Source: Pocillopora damicornis (lineage: Eukaryota). From it: 64,000 nucleotides of DNA. Shown piece by piece: positions 1-11,593 of the stretch; positions within the stretch are counted from its first letter, which is position 1; each line of letters begins with the position of its first letter. Position numbers and translations under genes: made by a program. The stretch is from assembly GCF_003704095.1 (NCBI RefSeq), contig NW_020846609.1:62001-126000 (forward strand), written 5' to 3'. The notes under the pieces were generated by a model. The model had not been told where the DNA came from. It saw only the letters and a list, made by a program, of their open reading frames with translations, and did not search any database.

Positions 1-691
1 ATTGCTCGTGGTCGTAAGGACTTAGAATTTTCCCTGTTTTACACTCGTAACAAAACGAATAGCAACTGTTTTTAAACACACAAATTTTTAACTTCTCTGG
101 CGACTTAAAATTTTCATCCATCGGATATGATTTCTATTTTACTCCAAAGTATGTAATGAATGTTTCTTTAGTTTTCCTTCTTACGTCGCGTTAGCCCCGC
201 GTTCAGCCTTGACATACAGATTCATGCAATTGAAGCAGGGTACGTGGGACCTGAGGTTCATAACCTTAGTTCCCAGGGATTTCCCCTAATAGCCCGCGGA
301 ACAAGGTTAGAAGTTCGTAAACCTTTCTTTGCAACATTTTTTTTTTTTTTTTTTTTATATAAGAAAGCAAAATGCTTTCATATTTATAAAACGTGCAATA
401 GAAGGGAAGGCAATCATTTAAGAGGTGGTTTTGTTCAACAAGCTCAAAGCGTAGTTCCAATATTAAACCAGGATTTACTAAAGTTAATTGAATGTTTTTT
501 AGCATTAAGTATAATTAAAATGGAACACAAGAAGTAATAATTGAAATGAAGTCTAATGAAAATGTATTGTTGAAGACAGATTAATACTATATGAATAAAA
601 TTGTCAGCCTGGCCAACTTTATGCACTTGAGCTACCTCCCCTACACACCCTCCCCTCTCCTCGCCTTCACCCTCGTAACTCTACAACTCAC

Positions 692-1341
692 CTGGGAGTA
701 GAAATTAGCCCGAGAGTTGTATCGGGGTAGAGCTGAAAAAATGAGATGGTAAGTGCGCTCGCTATTGCTCCCGCAGAGTTTCTGGTCCAGAGGCCAGAAA
801 CCTGAGGAGAAGGCATTGTAATTCCTACTTGTACACATAGATATGGAATTGGAAAATAATAAGGCAAGAAAACAAAACATGTTGGTATGATAGGCGAAAC
901 TATCCCGATTGGAATAAACTAGGCGGTCTAAGTCGTATAAGGTAATTTATTATCATGATCGCAAGTTGTTGTAAGTTTTGCACCAACATTTTTCTGCGCT
1001 TCGCTCCGTTTTATGCCACTCTTAGATTACTTGTATTGATCTCTGTACACTTGTATGCAAAAGTCATTTAACAATACCGGATTGATTTTTCCAATAAAGA
1101 ACTTAATTTGTCAGACACAAACCAGGAAGGAGATCTACAGACTCGATCCATCAATCTTTAAGGTGCAATCAGAGGTCAACAAAAATATAAAGTATTCTTA
1201 ATCATGAAAACCAATCAAGAGAATAAGAAACGTCTCAACAAACTTTAAGGTAGAAGGGACGCGGAAGGCGGTAGAGCCCCTGATAAAGCGACAGAGGAGC
1301 CTGGGTACTGCTCTGGTTTCCAGCTTCCTAACACACAACAT
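692..1341 (-). CDS. Probable 5' exons (1341-1244, 824-692) of a gene for a mitochondrially targeted protein, continuing off the left edge
   Basis: ATG at 1341 gives Arg-rich, acid-poor MLCVRKLETRAVPRLLCRFIRGSTAFRVPSTLK. Its phase-2 GT donor joins in frame to a 133-nt exon ending in a strong CAG|GTGAGT donor. No family recognised, and the acceptor is weak. Confidence 0.45.
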
Positions 1342-1474
1342 CGGATACAAATATGGCAGACACGTGCAACTAGCTTCGTAGTGGTACCATTCCAAGTCTG
1401 TTAGTGTTTTCCAAATTCAGTGCATATATTTGTGGAAAAGAGGACTTTAAATTCTCGACTTGCGACTTTTCATC

Positions 1475-4400
1475 ATGAATACGTCGGCAAAAATTGTAAA
1501 AATTTCTCTCACAGCAATCGAAAAGCGACCTGAAGTTGTTGGGCGTGAAGGTGAGCTTATGAAGAATGTTTGTAAAGTATTGTACGTAGTTGATGTCAGA
1601 GAAACACACTTCTTTCTTCCTTAACGTCACCGAAATTGTAAGAAACAATAAAACAGCCTAAAATTTATCTAGAAAATGATAGCCAAGATCTTTTCAATTC
1701 GGCTTAGTTATGAAATTTTTGTTGTAGACAATGCTCCAAATCTCGAAAGTATCATCAACGCTTCTGTCAAGTCACTTAAGAGTGGTAATGTGATTGCTAT
1801 TCCAACTGATACCATCTATGGGGTAGCAGCCTTGGCGCAGTCCACTGAAGCAGTCACTAAGTTGTATGAAATCAAGAGGCGACATGAAGAGAAGCCAGTT
1901 GCAATATGTGTTGGGAACTTGGAAGATGTATATAAGTAAGATCTACTGATGGACTATCTGTCATTTCCTAAGACCCTGAGCTGCTAAAATGATGCCTTTG
2001 ATTACAGAGTGCTTTAAAAAAGTTAATCTAAGTACAGCTATCCCTAAAAAAATTCATGAGTTTCAGCACACTGTATAGGGGACCAGTAGATTTGTCCTGT
2101 GGGTAGGAATTAAACAATTGGATGATTCAAGGAAGTTGATATTTTCTGAGGGCAGCAAAGGGTTTAAGCCCAGAATTAATGCATGATGCATGGATTTTAT
2201 GAAAAGGCAAAGAAAAGTGAGATTTAAGGTTTCCCCTTTTAAATTTGTGCTGTGGAAGTACTGTTTAAAGCACACGGAATCAGGATCCCTCTTTGCTAAC
2301 CTCTACAATAATTGATTGATTGATTGAGTGACTGATTGTTTGATTAATTGATTAATTGTTTGACAGGGTTTGTAACGATCATGGGGAGCTCCAGAAGTTC
2401 TAAGATATCACTTTTCACTAAATCTAAATCAGTGAAATCATGCCAGATAACTGAAAATTATTTGTCTTTTAAAGAACGAAGCAGTTAATACTGTGACTGT
2501 ATGACTACATCTGCATGATTTTAAAAGCAACCTCTGAATCAGAGGTGGTGGAAAACAGCAACCATGTTCCAGAAAAATTCACAGAATTTGACAACCAAAG
2601 AAAAATGGAAGCTTTTTTTCTTATACTTATTGATTGAACTACTTGTTGATTGCCCACGGTCTTTTTTATTTACAATGCAGGTCATTATTTCAGATGCAGT
2701 CTTACTCTTCTTGTCAACACTTGTTTATTGTTTATTGGCAAGATAAAAAAGGTTGCTAAAGTAATTTTGCAGCTGGGAAACCAGGGATCTTTATGTTTAC
2801 ATGAGGTTAAGTTGATCTGGTTTAGCCCCAGCCACAGGAAATGTTTCTTATAAATGCACTTTATTTGACAGACACTAACTACAAAAATTGTTTTTAGCAA
2901 AAATACCTATTTCCCTCTATAGCAAGTTCAGTTACTAAATATCCAGGGGTCTTTCTAGAAGAATTCAATGATCTTTATTGTAGAGGTGAATTCCTTAGCT
3001 ACAGAATGTTAACATGGCTGTCCTCAAGGATTGCTGTGTACAGGCTGACTAAAAGATCTCAGATAGCTGATCAGCATTGCATCTGAAATCCTTGCTTTCT
3101 GTAGCTGAATTTTGTTATTCCCATTATCACATAGCAGTTTACTTAATTTCTTTTGGATTCTCAGATGGGGAAAAGTGACTGTGAGTAAAGAAATTCTTCA
3201 AGACTTGCTTCCTGGGCCTGTGACATTAGTATTTGAAAGGACTGAGCAGTTAAATCCTGGGTTAAATCCAACAACAAGACTTGTTGGAATCAGAATTCCT
3301 GATCATGATTTTGTGCGGCAATTGAGTTTAGCATGTGAAGAACCACTTGCTTTGACAAGCGCAAATGTGAGCACTGTGGGACAAAGCAGTTTGAAAATTG
3401 AGGTATGGTAATTCTATGCACAGGGCTTGCCCAAGAAGTTAAAAATGTGATAAGTGCTAATCCAAGTTTTACCTCCTGAAAAATGTTATGTCATACAAGT
3501 AACCCAAGAAAAAGGATAATTGGTATTTGGGCAACTCAGCCCAACCAATGTAAAGTTGGCTGGGCTGGGAAAGAAAATCAGTAAAAGCTACAATCAGAAT
3601 TAGTAGTTTGATAATTTTATCATTCATATGTTTCCTTGTATAGAAAACCAATAACCCTCTCACTCCCAGAAATCATTAGTGATTATCCTTACTGTCTGTC
3701 ATACAACTGTCATGTTGCTAGTTCAGGGAATTTGGTATTGGATCAACTAATAATCCCTATCAGGACAATTTTTTTTAAAATCTAATTTCTTGTCTTCTTG
3801 ATATTGTATGGTTGTTTTAAGGACAAATTCTGTCTTGGTCACTCTTGGGAGTACTTAATTTTTGATACCTGTTTGTTTCAGGAATTTAAAGAAATTTGGC
3901 CAAAACTAGATTTAATTCTTGATGGTGGAGTGTTAGGATTGACTGAGCAGTGTCGCAAAGGTTCAACTGTTGTTAATTTGTCAGTTCACGGCAAGTTTTC
4001 TATCATCAGAGAAGGCAGGTAATGGAACAGAAACTTGAATCTCTGATTACTGCTTTGCTGGTCACAGTCATGCTTTAAATATCTATTGCAACCATGTTTC
4101 CCTGATTTCAACGTATCAGTAAACTAATTTAATTTGAGTGTACAGAGCTACCATGCAAGCTATTGTCAAGGGTAAAATCACACGTGACTACATCGTGAGA
4201 CAAACGAAAAACTTAGCTTTTATTGTTATTCACCACGATGAATAACCACAACCTTTTCCACGAAATTATTGTCAAGGGGTTGCGAAATAACAACCATTTT
4301 ATCCTTAACCCGTTACACCTTAACATCAGTATGCATATTCTCCATACTGTTCTCTATACATTTCCTAAGTTGCTGACAAGGAGAATTTGTTTGGCAATCA

Positions 4401-4646
4401 AGAGCTTCTTTAGTTGGTGATCATTTTGTTTATTCTTGTGACCTTCATGTTTGATTCAGGGGTGACATTGTGGGGAGAAATAGGACACTAGTCACTCTAA
4501 GAGGTAAAAAAGTTAATGAAAAGTCCATTTTACTATCTATTGGGCATTTTAAACTTACAGAGCTATTTTTGTTTCTTTCTAGTGCCTATGATCAAACAGT
4601 GAACATTCTCAGCAGAAAATATGGTTTAGAGGATTGCACTAGCTGA
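1475..4646 (+). CDS. YRDC: Threonylcarbamoyl-AMP synthase (YrdC/Sua5 family), 5 exons: 1475-1550, 1728-1935, 3165-3402, 3882-4018, 4583-4646
   Basis: Motifs VIAIPTDTIYG, KRRHEEKP, LLPGPVTLV, VGIRIPDH, PLALTSAN and GSTVV; all introns GT-AG with compatible phases. Confidence 0.93.
4305..4516. mobile_element. TTAA-flanked MITE-like repeat; degenerate relatives near 3650-3850, 4700-4870 and 56370-56560
   Basis: TTAACCC start, GTTAA end; internal sequence (tattctccatactgttctctatacatttcc...gattcaggggtg) recurs at ~56380-56560. Confidence 0.7.
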
Positions 4647-7600
4647 CAACATACTACAGCAGTATTTGCACCTTTTTTACTTGAACAAATAAGGAACATC
4701 ACAATCACTCATGAGATCTAATTAACGATTCTTTGCTCTGTTTGCTATAAATTTCTTGTAAGTTGAGCTCTGAGGATTTGGTGTTAGTCAAGCTATAACC
4801 CCAATACCTTTCTGCTTGAAAGAGTATCAACATTATAGGAAAAATTTCTCTTTGGTCATTCCTGAGAGATTTAGTGGTACATCATTTCAATTTTAGTTGT
4901 TGCAGCCATTGTTGTATGTTGTAAATTATATAAGAACTGTCTTGAAACTGAGTAAATCTGAGGATAATATTTTTGTTGGGGCAAAAATAAACCAAAGAGA
5001 AGCAAGATGTTAAGGAATGGAAACAATTAATAAAGACACCAAGCAATAAACAAGAAAAATTTGAACTAAATATTTCTTTGAGAAATAAATTGTAAAATAG
5101 GTCCTTTTACCATGTACACACCAGTCTGTACTCAATTTGGTACTATATAAAGACAAGAATGTGTCAGCAATTTGCACTCTTAAATTTGTGATATGCCAAC
5201 AGCTTTTAAGTGATAGTGTTATTCCATCAAGAAACTTTGACTGGAGGAGTTGCATGGTCTTCAGTGATAAAGTAAAATTGGAAGGGTAACATTTGTTAAT
5301 TTGCCAGTCATTTGTTGTGAGACTTTTTACATATGTACAGCAATTTAATTGCACCATATGTAAGCTGCAAGGTTTACATGACAGTATCATTTTCGTTTAA
5401 TGATAATATAGGAGTATTGGTAAAAAATTTCCTTATCATTGTAGAAGTATTTGTGTCATTTGATGCATTTTAAATATTTATTGTGTTGTGGGTACTAATG
5501 TTTGAGCTATTTCATGTATGCATAATTAAATATCATGATCCTAGGAGTACATAACACTTGGACGTAAAACTTAAGCCATGTTTGGCTCAGAACATCTGAA
5601 TATGAATAATGTGACAGCTCTATTTGTGTACCAATGAAACAACTGTCAACAGTTTTACATTGACGTGGTTCTGTTGCTGCTTGTGTACTGATAAGAGTTG
5701 ATCATTTGTAAATGTCGTATTTATGGGAACAACTATGGATGTAAAGTATTTTCCGCGGATACATTTCTTTCTTCTTTTCTACATCTCAAGACCAATTTTG
5801 TTTACAAGATGGGTTATGCCTTTCAAATGGAATTGAAATGTTTGCTGCTAGAGCCAGAGATTTGAGGTGGATAGTTGTGAAAATATGAATTTTGAAGTGA
5901 TATTTGAGGTATCTGGTCATTTTGTACTCAGTTGTTTCATACCCAAGTTTGAGTTTGTTCGTATCCAAGCTGCTGATTGATTCATATATTTATTCAAAAC
6001 ACCATATGCACAATTCAGTAGAGGTAAGTGAGTAAGATACAAACAAAAAATATGTTATGTATACATGTATAATTAAAAATTACTGCCTAGCATAAAAGGA
6101 GTGTGATATTTTAAATAAAAAAAGTCCATTGTTTACACTGGTGACTTTTTTTTTGACAATAACAGCTTGTGTAAGTGTGATGTTTTGTTCTCCAATTGTC
6201 AACATGGAAAAAATACTTTATTAGTTTGGGTACGAAACAACCAAGCTGGGTACAAATTGACTGGGTATGAAATTACCATGGGTATGAAACAGCTGGCAAC
6301 CACATTTCTTATCATAAAGAGTCGAAGTGAAGCTGCATGGGCCACCACCCATATGACCTCTCACCCTGTTTAGCCTGTAAGCAGGCTCTCTTGTTTGATT
6401 TTCACCTTGCAGAACAGCCTCTCACTATCAACAGCTACTTATGGAAAACGTTATTCCTGGCGGAAGGAAATAAAAAATTTCTCCATAATCCTATTGAAAA
6501 TGACTGATCTTTAAAAGAAGAGAACGAATACAGAGCCCAATGTGACACATAAAGTGAATGATTTATTTACTAAGTGCTTTTTCACACAGCATAATTTAAT
6601 TTAAAGATACCCAGTAAACCTTCCTTACAAGAGTTACTGCATTAATTCTACAACACTTAAAATTTGTGATAACTTAGGAAAACAAACATTTCATAGGAAG
6701 TGTTATGATATAAACAACATCTTTGGTAAACCTTTCTGTTATACCACACTTCTTATATGCTTTAAACACAAATTCATGTGCAATAAATAATATAAACAAT
6801 ATTTTGTAAAACTTTCAATCTCAATTTCTATTTCAAGCATAGAACTTGCAAAACAGTGCAATATATTTTGATTATTTAATTCAACAAGATGTCATTCAAC
6901 TCCATCATCCCTCCCTGCCAAAAGGGGAGAAAAACTACCTTATTCCAAGGATTGCATTACATTGATCTAAGTTTGACCTCTAGATAAAGAGTTTTAACTT
7001 ATTTTTTCAAAGGGCAGCAAACTATTCTAATCGTTCTTGGCATCTGAGGGAGCTTCAGTACTGTTTCAAAATAAAAATATCTTCCAAAAGGTTATGACAG
7101 AATATACTATCAAGCCTTAAATAAGCAAGACAGGCTGGAGACAAGAATGAGTTACAAAAATACAACTATATAGGAGACTTCAATACAACAGCCAAATAGA
7201 TGCATTAGGAGATTACCTTAATTATAAACTTTCCAGAAAACCAGAACAGCAAGAAGTACCATTTACTTTGCAGTCAACACTTAAAGATAACTTTAAGGTA
7301 AAAATATTAATCCTGGAAACCTTGAGAGAGATAAAACCAATGACTTGCATGCTTACAAGATGACAAGCAGTATATTTAGCCTTTATCTCATCCTGTATTC
7401 TGGAAAAAGTTGCAAGGTTACATCAAGACAAAAAAGAGACAAAGAGGGAAGCAATGTTAGTCTAGGACTTGAGATAAGTTAATTCCACCAGTCCATTAAA
7501 CAAAACTCTGATTTTCTGAAATGGTTTCCCCATCTTGAAAGAGGTTACAGCGCTACAGAGAACATGAGGAAACAAAAGGAGATCCTGCTCCAAGTCAGGG

Positions 7601-7770
7601 TGTATCAATTCCATCTAATTAATCCATAGGATCTCATGAATGAAAGTCTATTTCCTGACATGGCTGCACTAAAAATCTTTTGATCTGATGATATTAGTGA
7701 AAACAGTTTAATGCAAGCCAGCTTGGAGATAAATTGATGAGGAAAATAACCTGAAAAGGAGATGTGTTAC

Positions 7771-7982
7771 TTAACCCTTTAACTCTCAGAAGTGATTAAC
7801 ATGTAACTTCTCCCTATAATATCCATGCATTATCCAGCAAACAGGTAATGAGAATGCTCAAATTTATCAGGTGTAAGTTATTTTCTGAACCTAATAACAA
7901 ATCCTTGTAACTAATTCACAAGTAAATGTGTGGCAGAAAATAGGGAGAATAAACGATTAGATCATTGGAGTTACGGGGTTCA
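7771..7982. mobile_element. TTAACCCTTT-type MITE-like repeat; related copy at ~31240-31420
   Basis: ttaaccctttaactc ... ggagttacggggtt inverted termini; internal similarity (agaagtga..catgtaacttctcc, aaacagg.aatgagaa) to the second copy. Confidence 0.65.
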
Positions 7983-8162
7983 GTGAGAATTGAAAATGCA
8001 TACATCTACATGTAGGGTGTAGGGAGAAGGAACAAACTTCCCTTTCAGTTAAAATGAAAAAGAAAACAACTACTTTCATAATGATCCCTCTCTATCCCAT
8101 GATTTTTTGTTGATTGCATTCAGTTTGAGGGAGTTCCCCTTCCCTTTGACAAAATCCGTCGT

Positions 8163-9197
8163 TTACAAGTCCTTGGGAGGTAAGTCATTCTCCACATCGG
8201 TGGGGCAAGGGACGAAAAATCTCCACCATTGACTTTTTTTGTTCTGGATCAACTGCATAAATCGATACTTCTTTCGCTTGAAAATGCTGACATACCAAAT
8301 TCGAAGAAGCTCTTGAAATGAAGAGGCCTTGGAGAGAGAGTCGTAGAAATCGACTATCGACATGTCTGCGAGGAGAAGGAACGACTGGAAGAAAAATAAT
8401 GCTCCAAGGAATACGGTGATTGCAACTGTGGGGGCAAACAAGACGGCGTAATCCTGAATTTCTTCACAGCCTTCGCCAACTTCCATACTGTTAAAAGTAT
8501 CCCACATCGATTTCGCTGATTGAGAACGAGGTGAATAGCGATTGAGGACACTCAAGTGAGGCATGCTAAGCAGAGTCTCTTTGAATTTCTTCAGAGCATA
8601 TCCAGAGAGACAATTCGAAAACGGAAAGTAGGCAAGGTAACTTGCATACGACAAACCAAAGAACGCATATGCCAAGAACGTGTAATAGTAGATGTAATTC
8701 CGGCGGCCGATGCAGTTGTTAGTGAAAGGACAATGGTGACACATCATCTCGACGCAAGTGTGACACCAGCTGCAGTGATGAGTTCCAGCATTTCGAACCC
8801 GTCGACACTTGACACAAATTTGGTAGCTTTTCACGAAACATCTGTCTCGAGTGTAGGCGTCCTGGTGTTGAGGATACCCCGGGCAAACGAAGACGGTCAT
8901 GTAGTAATAGAAAACAGCGTTAGTCATCATGTAACATGTGAAAAAGGTGTGCCACCACCCTAGCAACGAGGAGAATGCGTCCCCGGGAACGTGAGCGTGG
9001 ACGTAAATTGAGAAGAACAGCCACATAAGAGTTGGAAAAATAAAGCTTATGGGCACAATCTGCAGGTAGCTGATCGTAGCTTGCGAGGGCAATAATGTCT
9101 TAAGTTTTGGAAACAGCCTTGGAAGGATCTGGAAGATGAAAGCGCCTACAACAACGACAGCCATACTGGCGCTCAGTGCAATCACAACGAACGCCAT
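8163..9197 (-). CDS. Intronless ZDHHC16-like palmitoyltransferase with variant CHHC active-site motif, 344 aa
   Basis: PGYP after a TM segment; cysteine-rich domain CVKC..THHCSWCHTCVEMMCHHCPFTNNCIGRRN; several hydrophobic TM segments. Confidence 0.9.
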   Translation of the reverse strand: MAFVVIALSASMAVVVVGAFIFQILPRLFPKLKTLLPSQATISYLQIVPISFIFPTLMWLFFSIYVHAHVPGDAFSSLLGWWHTFFTCYMMTNAVFYYYMTVFVCPGYPQHQDAYTRDRCFVKSYQICVKCRRVRNAGTHHCSWCHTCVEMMCHHCPFTNNCIGRRNYIYYYTFLAYAFFGLSYASYLAYFPFSNCLSGYALKKFKETLLSMPHLSVLNRYSPRSQSAKSMWDTFNSMEVGEGCEEIQDYAVLFAPTVAITVFLGALFFFQSFLLLADMSIVDFYDSLSKASSFQELLRIWYVSIFKRKKYRFMQLIQNKKSQWWRFFVPCPTDVENDLPPKDL

Positions 9198-9270
9198 GTT
9201 GATCTCTAAACGAAGACGTTAACCAGGAAATAAACTCGTTCCCAGTTTCACTCGCGTGATCTTGGCCAAG
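9198..9270. promoter_or_regulatory. 73-bp spacer, probable bidirectional promoter between the two DHHC-like genes
   Basis: Divergent ATGs in near-identical contexts (caacATGGCG and caagATGGCA, YY1-like); ETS-like CAGGAA and CTCGCG present. Confidence 0.6.
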
Positions 9271-10209
9271 ATGGCATTTGTTTGGATTATGATCTTGTCT
9301 GTTGGACTTATTCAGGGCGTTTTTATCATCAGCAGTTTACAAACTCTATTCCCTCGTGGATCAAGAAAAACTTGGCTGTATAGGCTTCTAAAAGGATTGC
9401 AGATTACACCTGTTCTTTTTATATTTGCTTCTGCAATTTGGTTCTTCTTCCTAAAGAGTTTGCCCATAGAAGTTGATAACCCCTACTCGTCTTTCAAAGG
9501 TGTGGGCTACATCGTCATCGCTTGCTATCTTTGGCTTAATATGGTATTCAATTACTTGGCGGCGATGATTGTTTCACCAGGCTATCCAGAAACACGACAA
9601 GAGCTCGAAGAAGACACAGATATCCATCTGGAATCGTTAAAGTTTTGTACAAAGTGTACTCGTGTGCGTGACAAAGGGACTCATCACTGTAGTTCATGCA
9701 ACTCTTGTGTGATGTCTATGTCGCATCATTGTCCGTTTACCAATAACTGCGTTGGACTGAATAACTACGCTCACTTTTACCTGTTCCTGGTGTACTGTTT
9801 CTTAGGGCTTTTGTTCGCTGCGTACTCTACTTATACGCCGTTTGTGGTTTGCATGCTAGATTACCCTTCTGATTCACCTTCCTACAAAGTTGGAATTTGC
9901 GGTGAACTGGGAGACTATGCCGTAATGTTCCTTGTTGTGAGCTTCCTCTTTACCTTTATCTTGATGATGTGTTGCTTTCACACTTTTCTTCTCATTGTAG
10001 ACATGTCCATGATCGACTTTTTAAAGACCTGTCAAAATTTAACTTGTAAAGAATGGTTTACGAACATTTTATTAGAGAGGTGCTTGCAAAGAAAGAAGTT
10101 GTTGTTTCGTAAACTTCTACTATATCGTAGAGAGAATTTGTGGAAGTTTTTGATACCAGGTTTTAACGAAATACCTGAACTTCTTCCACCTGATGATTTC
10201 CTAGTTTAA
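9271..10209 (+). CDS. Intronless ZDHHC16-like palmitoyltransferase with variant SHHC active-site motif, 312 aa from ATG 9271
   Basis: NMVFNYLAAMIVSPGYP; CTKC..THHCSSCNSCVMSMSHHCPFTNNCVGLNN; starts MAFV like its neighbour. Confidence 0.9.
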   Translation: MAFVWIMILSVGLIQGVFIISSLQTLFPRGSRKTWLYRLLKGLQITPVLFIFASAIWFFFLKSLPIEVDNPYSSFKGVGYIVIACYLWLNMVFNYLAAMIVSPGYPETRQELEEDTDIHLESLKFCTKCTRVRDKGTHHCSSCNSCVMSMSHHCPFTNNCVGLNNYAHFYLFLVYCFLGLLFAAYSTYTPFVVCMLDYPSDSPSYKVGICGELGDYAVMFLVVSFLFTFILMMCCFHTFLLIVDMSMIDFLKTCQNLTCKEWFTNILLERCLQRKKLLFRKLLLYRRENLWKFLIPGFNEIPELLPPDDFLV

Positions 10210-10620
10210 ATTAACTGTTCTCAGAAGCTTTGCTTGATATGGTTTTAGAATAGAAGACTAATTTTATAGTCTGGAAAACAGCTTTTGTAATCCAGATGAT
10301 TATTTATTGTTAAGTCTTTTAGATGAATCTAATGATTGATGACCTCTCAGGTTGTAGAAGCATCCATCATTATTGCTAGCAACAATCCTTTTAGGGACTA
10401 CAGTACTCCTACCTTGACAATCAGACTACTTAGCTTACCAATTATTTATTGTCATTTTGGGTATTTACAAAGAAGTAATAAGATCATGAAATGTTAATGA
10501 GAAGCCTGAAGATAGCATTATGCCTCTGTTTATTTGGTTTGAAGAAAATATTTAATCGTCACTTTTGAAATATCCATACATTCTAGATCATCTTGTAGAC
10601 ATTTTTTTTATTTCGAACCA

Positions 10621-10790
10621 ACATAATGACCAGCTCTGAGTTGGCTTGTTAGCTCAGTTGGTAGAGCACTGCAGTGGTATTTCAGAGGTCATAGGTTCAA
10701 ATCCCTTAAGGCATGAACTTTAAATTTAAGGCCTTATTTTCAATATTGCTTAAGTAGTGTTCATTACTGTGAATATCCTTTTCATAGTCA
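10621..10790 (+). mobile_element. tRNA-derived SINE-like repeat
   Basis: A box TAGCTCAGTTGGTAGAGC and B box GGTTCAAATCCC, followed by a non-tRNA tail; acceptor and anticodon stems do not pair properly. Confidence 0.75.
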
Positions 10791-11593
10791 GAATTTTTTT
10801 TGTAGTGTACGAAAGGAAAGGTTATAGCTTGCAGCTTACATCTAGAAGTGGTAATAGGTATAATAATTCTTTCTTTGGAGAAATATGGTTTTCATTTGGT
10901 TTTCATTAAAATGCCAGACTAAAAATGGTACAGGAAATATTTCTGCCCAAATAGATCTTGGTGTTTTTCAGTATTATTTTAAACAAAACATATGTAAGAA
11001 AAAATCCAGAAATAACTTTGATTTACGAAATCTTAAATCTAAACTTAAAAAAAGGGAGAAGAAAAGAATGAACAGGAAGCCCAAACAGGCTCTCCATTTG
11101 AAGTAGGCTAAAAAATGACATTAACCACAGCTTTTTTGGTTGTCTTAATCCTTTTTTTTTTTTCTTTTTTTCGATGAGACAGGCATGAGTTCTCACAATT
11201 TTTTGTTTGTTTCTTTCTGCAGCTCTTTGGATCCCTATGTGTGGAAATTCACTTACGAGGAAAACTGCTATTGTGAAAAAAAACAAACAAACAAAGAGTA
11301 AAACTGAAAAAGAAACCCTAGAAGAGAAAAGCGATAAAATATTACTTACAAATCCATAGGCGACAGCCTCGGTTGGAAACAAGATAGTTACTATCTATGG
11401 GAGGGTGGGGAGGAATTCTTGCTCGCTACCCCTGCCAGAAGTAAGCGTCCACCCCTTACAGAGACAGCACGTTTTCCTCAAGCAAGCGTGCTATTAACTG
11501 TTAGCTGACGCTGCTGTGAAATATAACGTTTTTGTGTCTAGACTTTCTATGCAGTTCATCTGAACCCTGTTTGTAACTTTTTTAATCGATAAG

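Noticed and set aside
10643-10715. tRNA gene
   Set aside because: Only A and B boxes survive, the cloverleaf does not close, and it continues into a repeat tail, so it is a SINE
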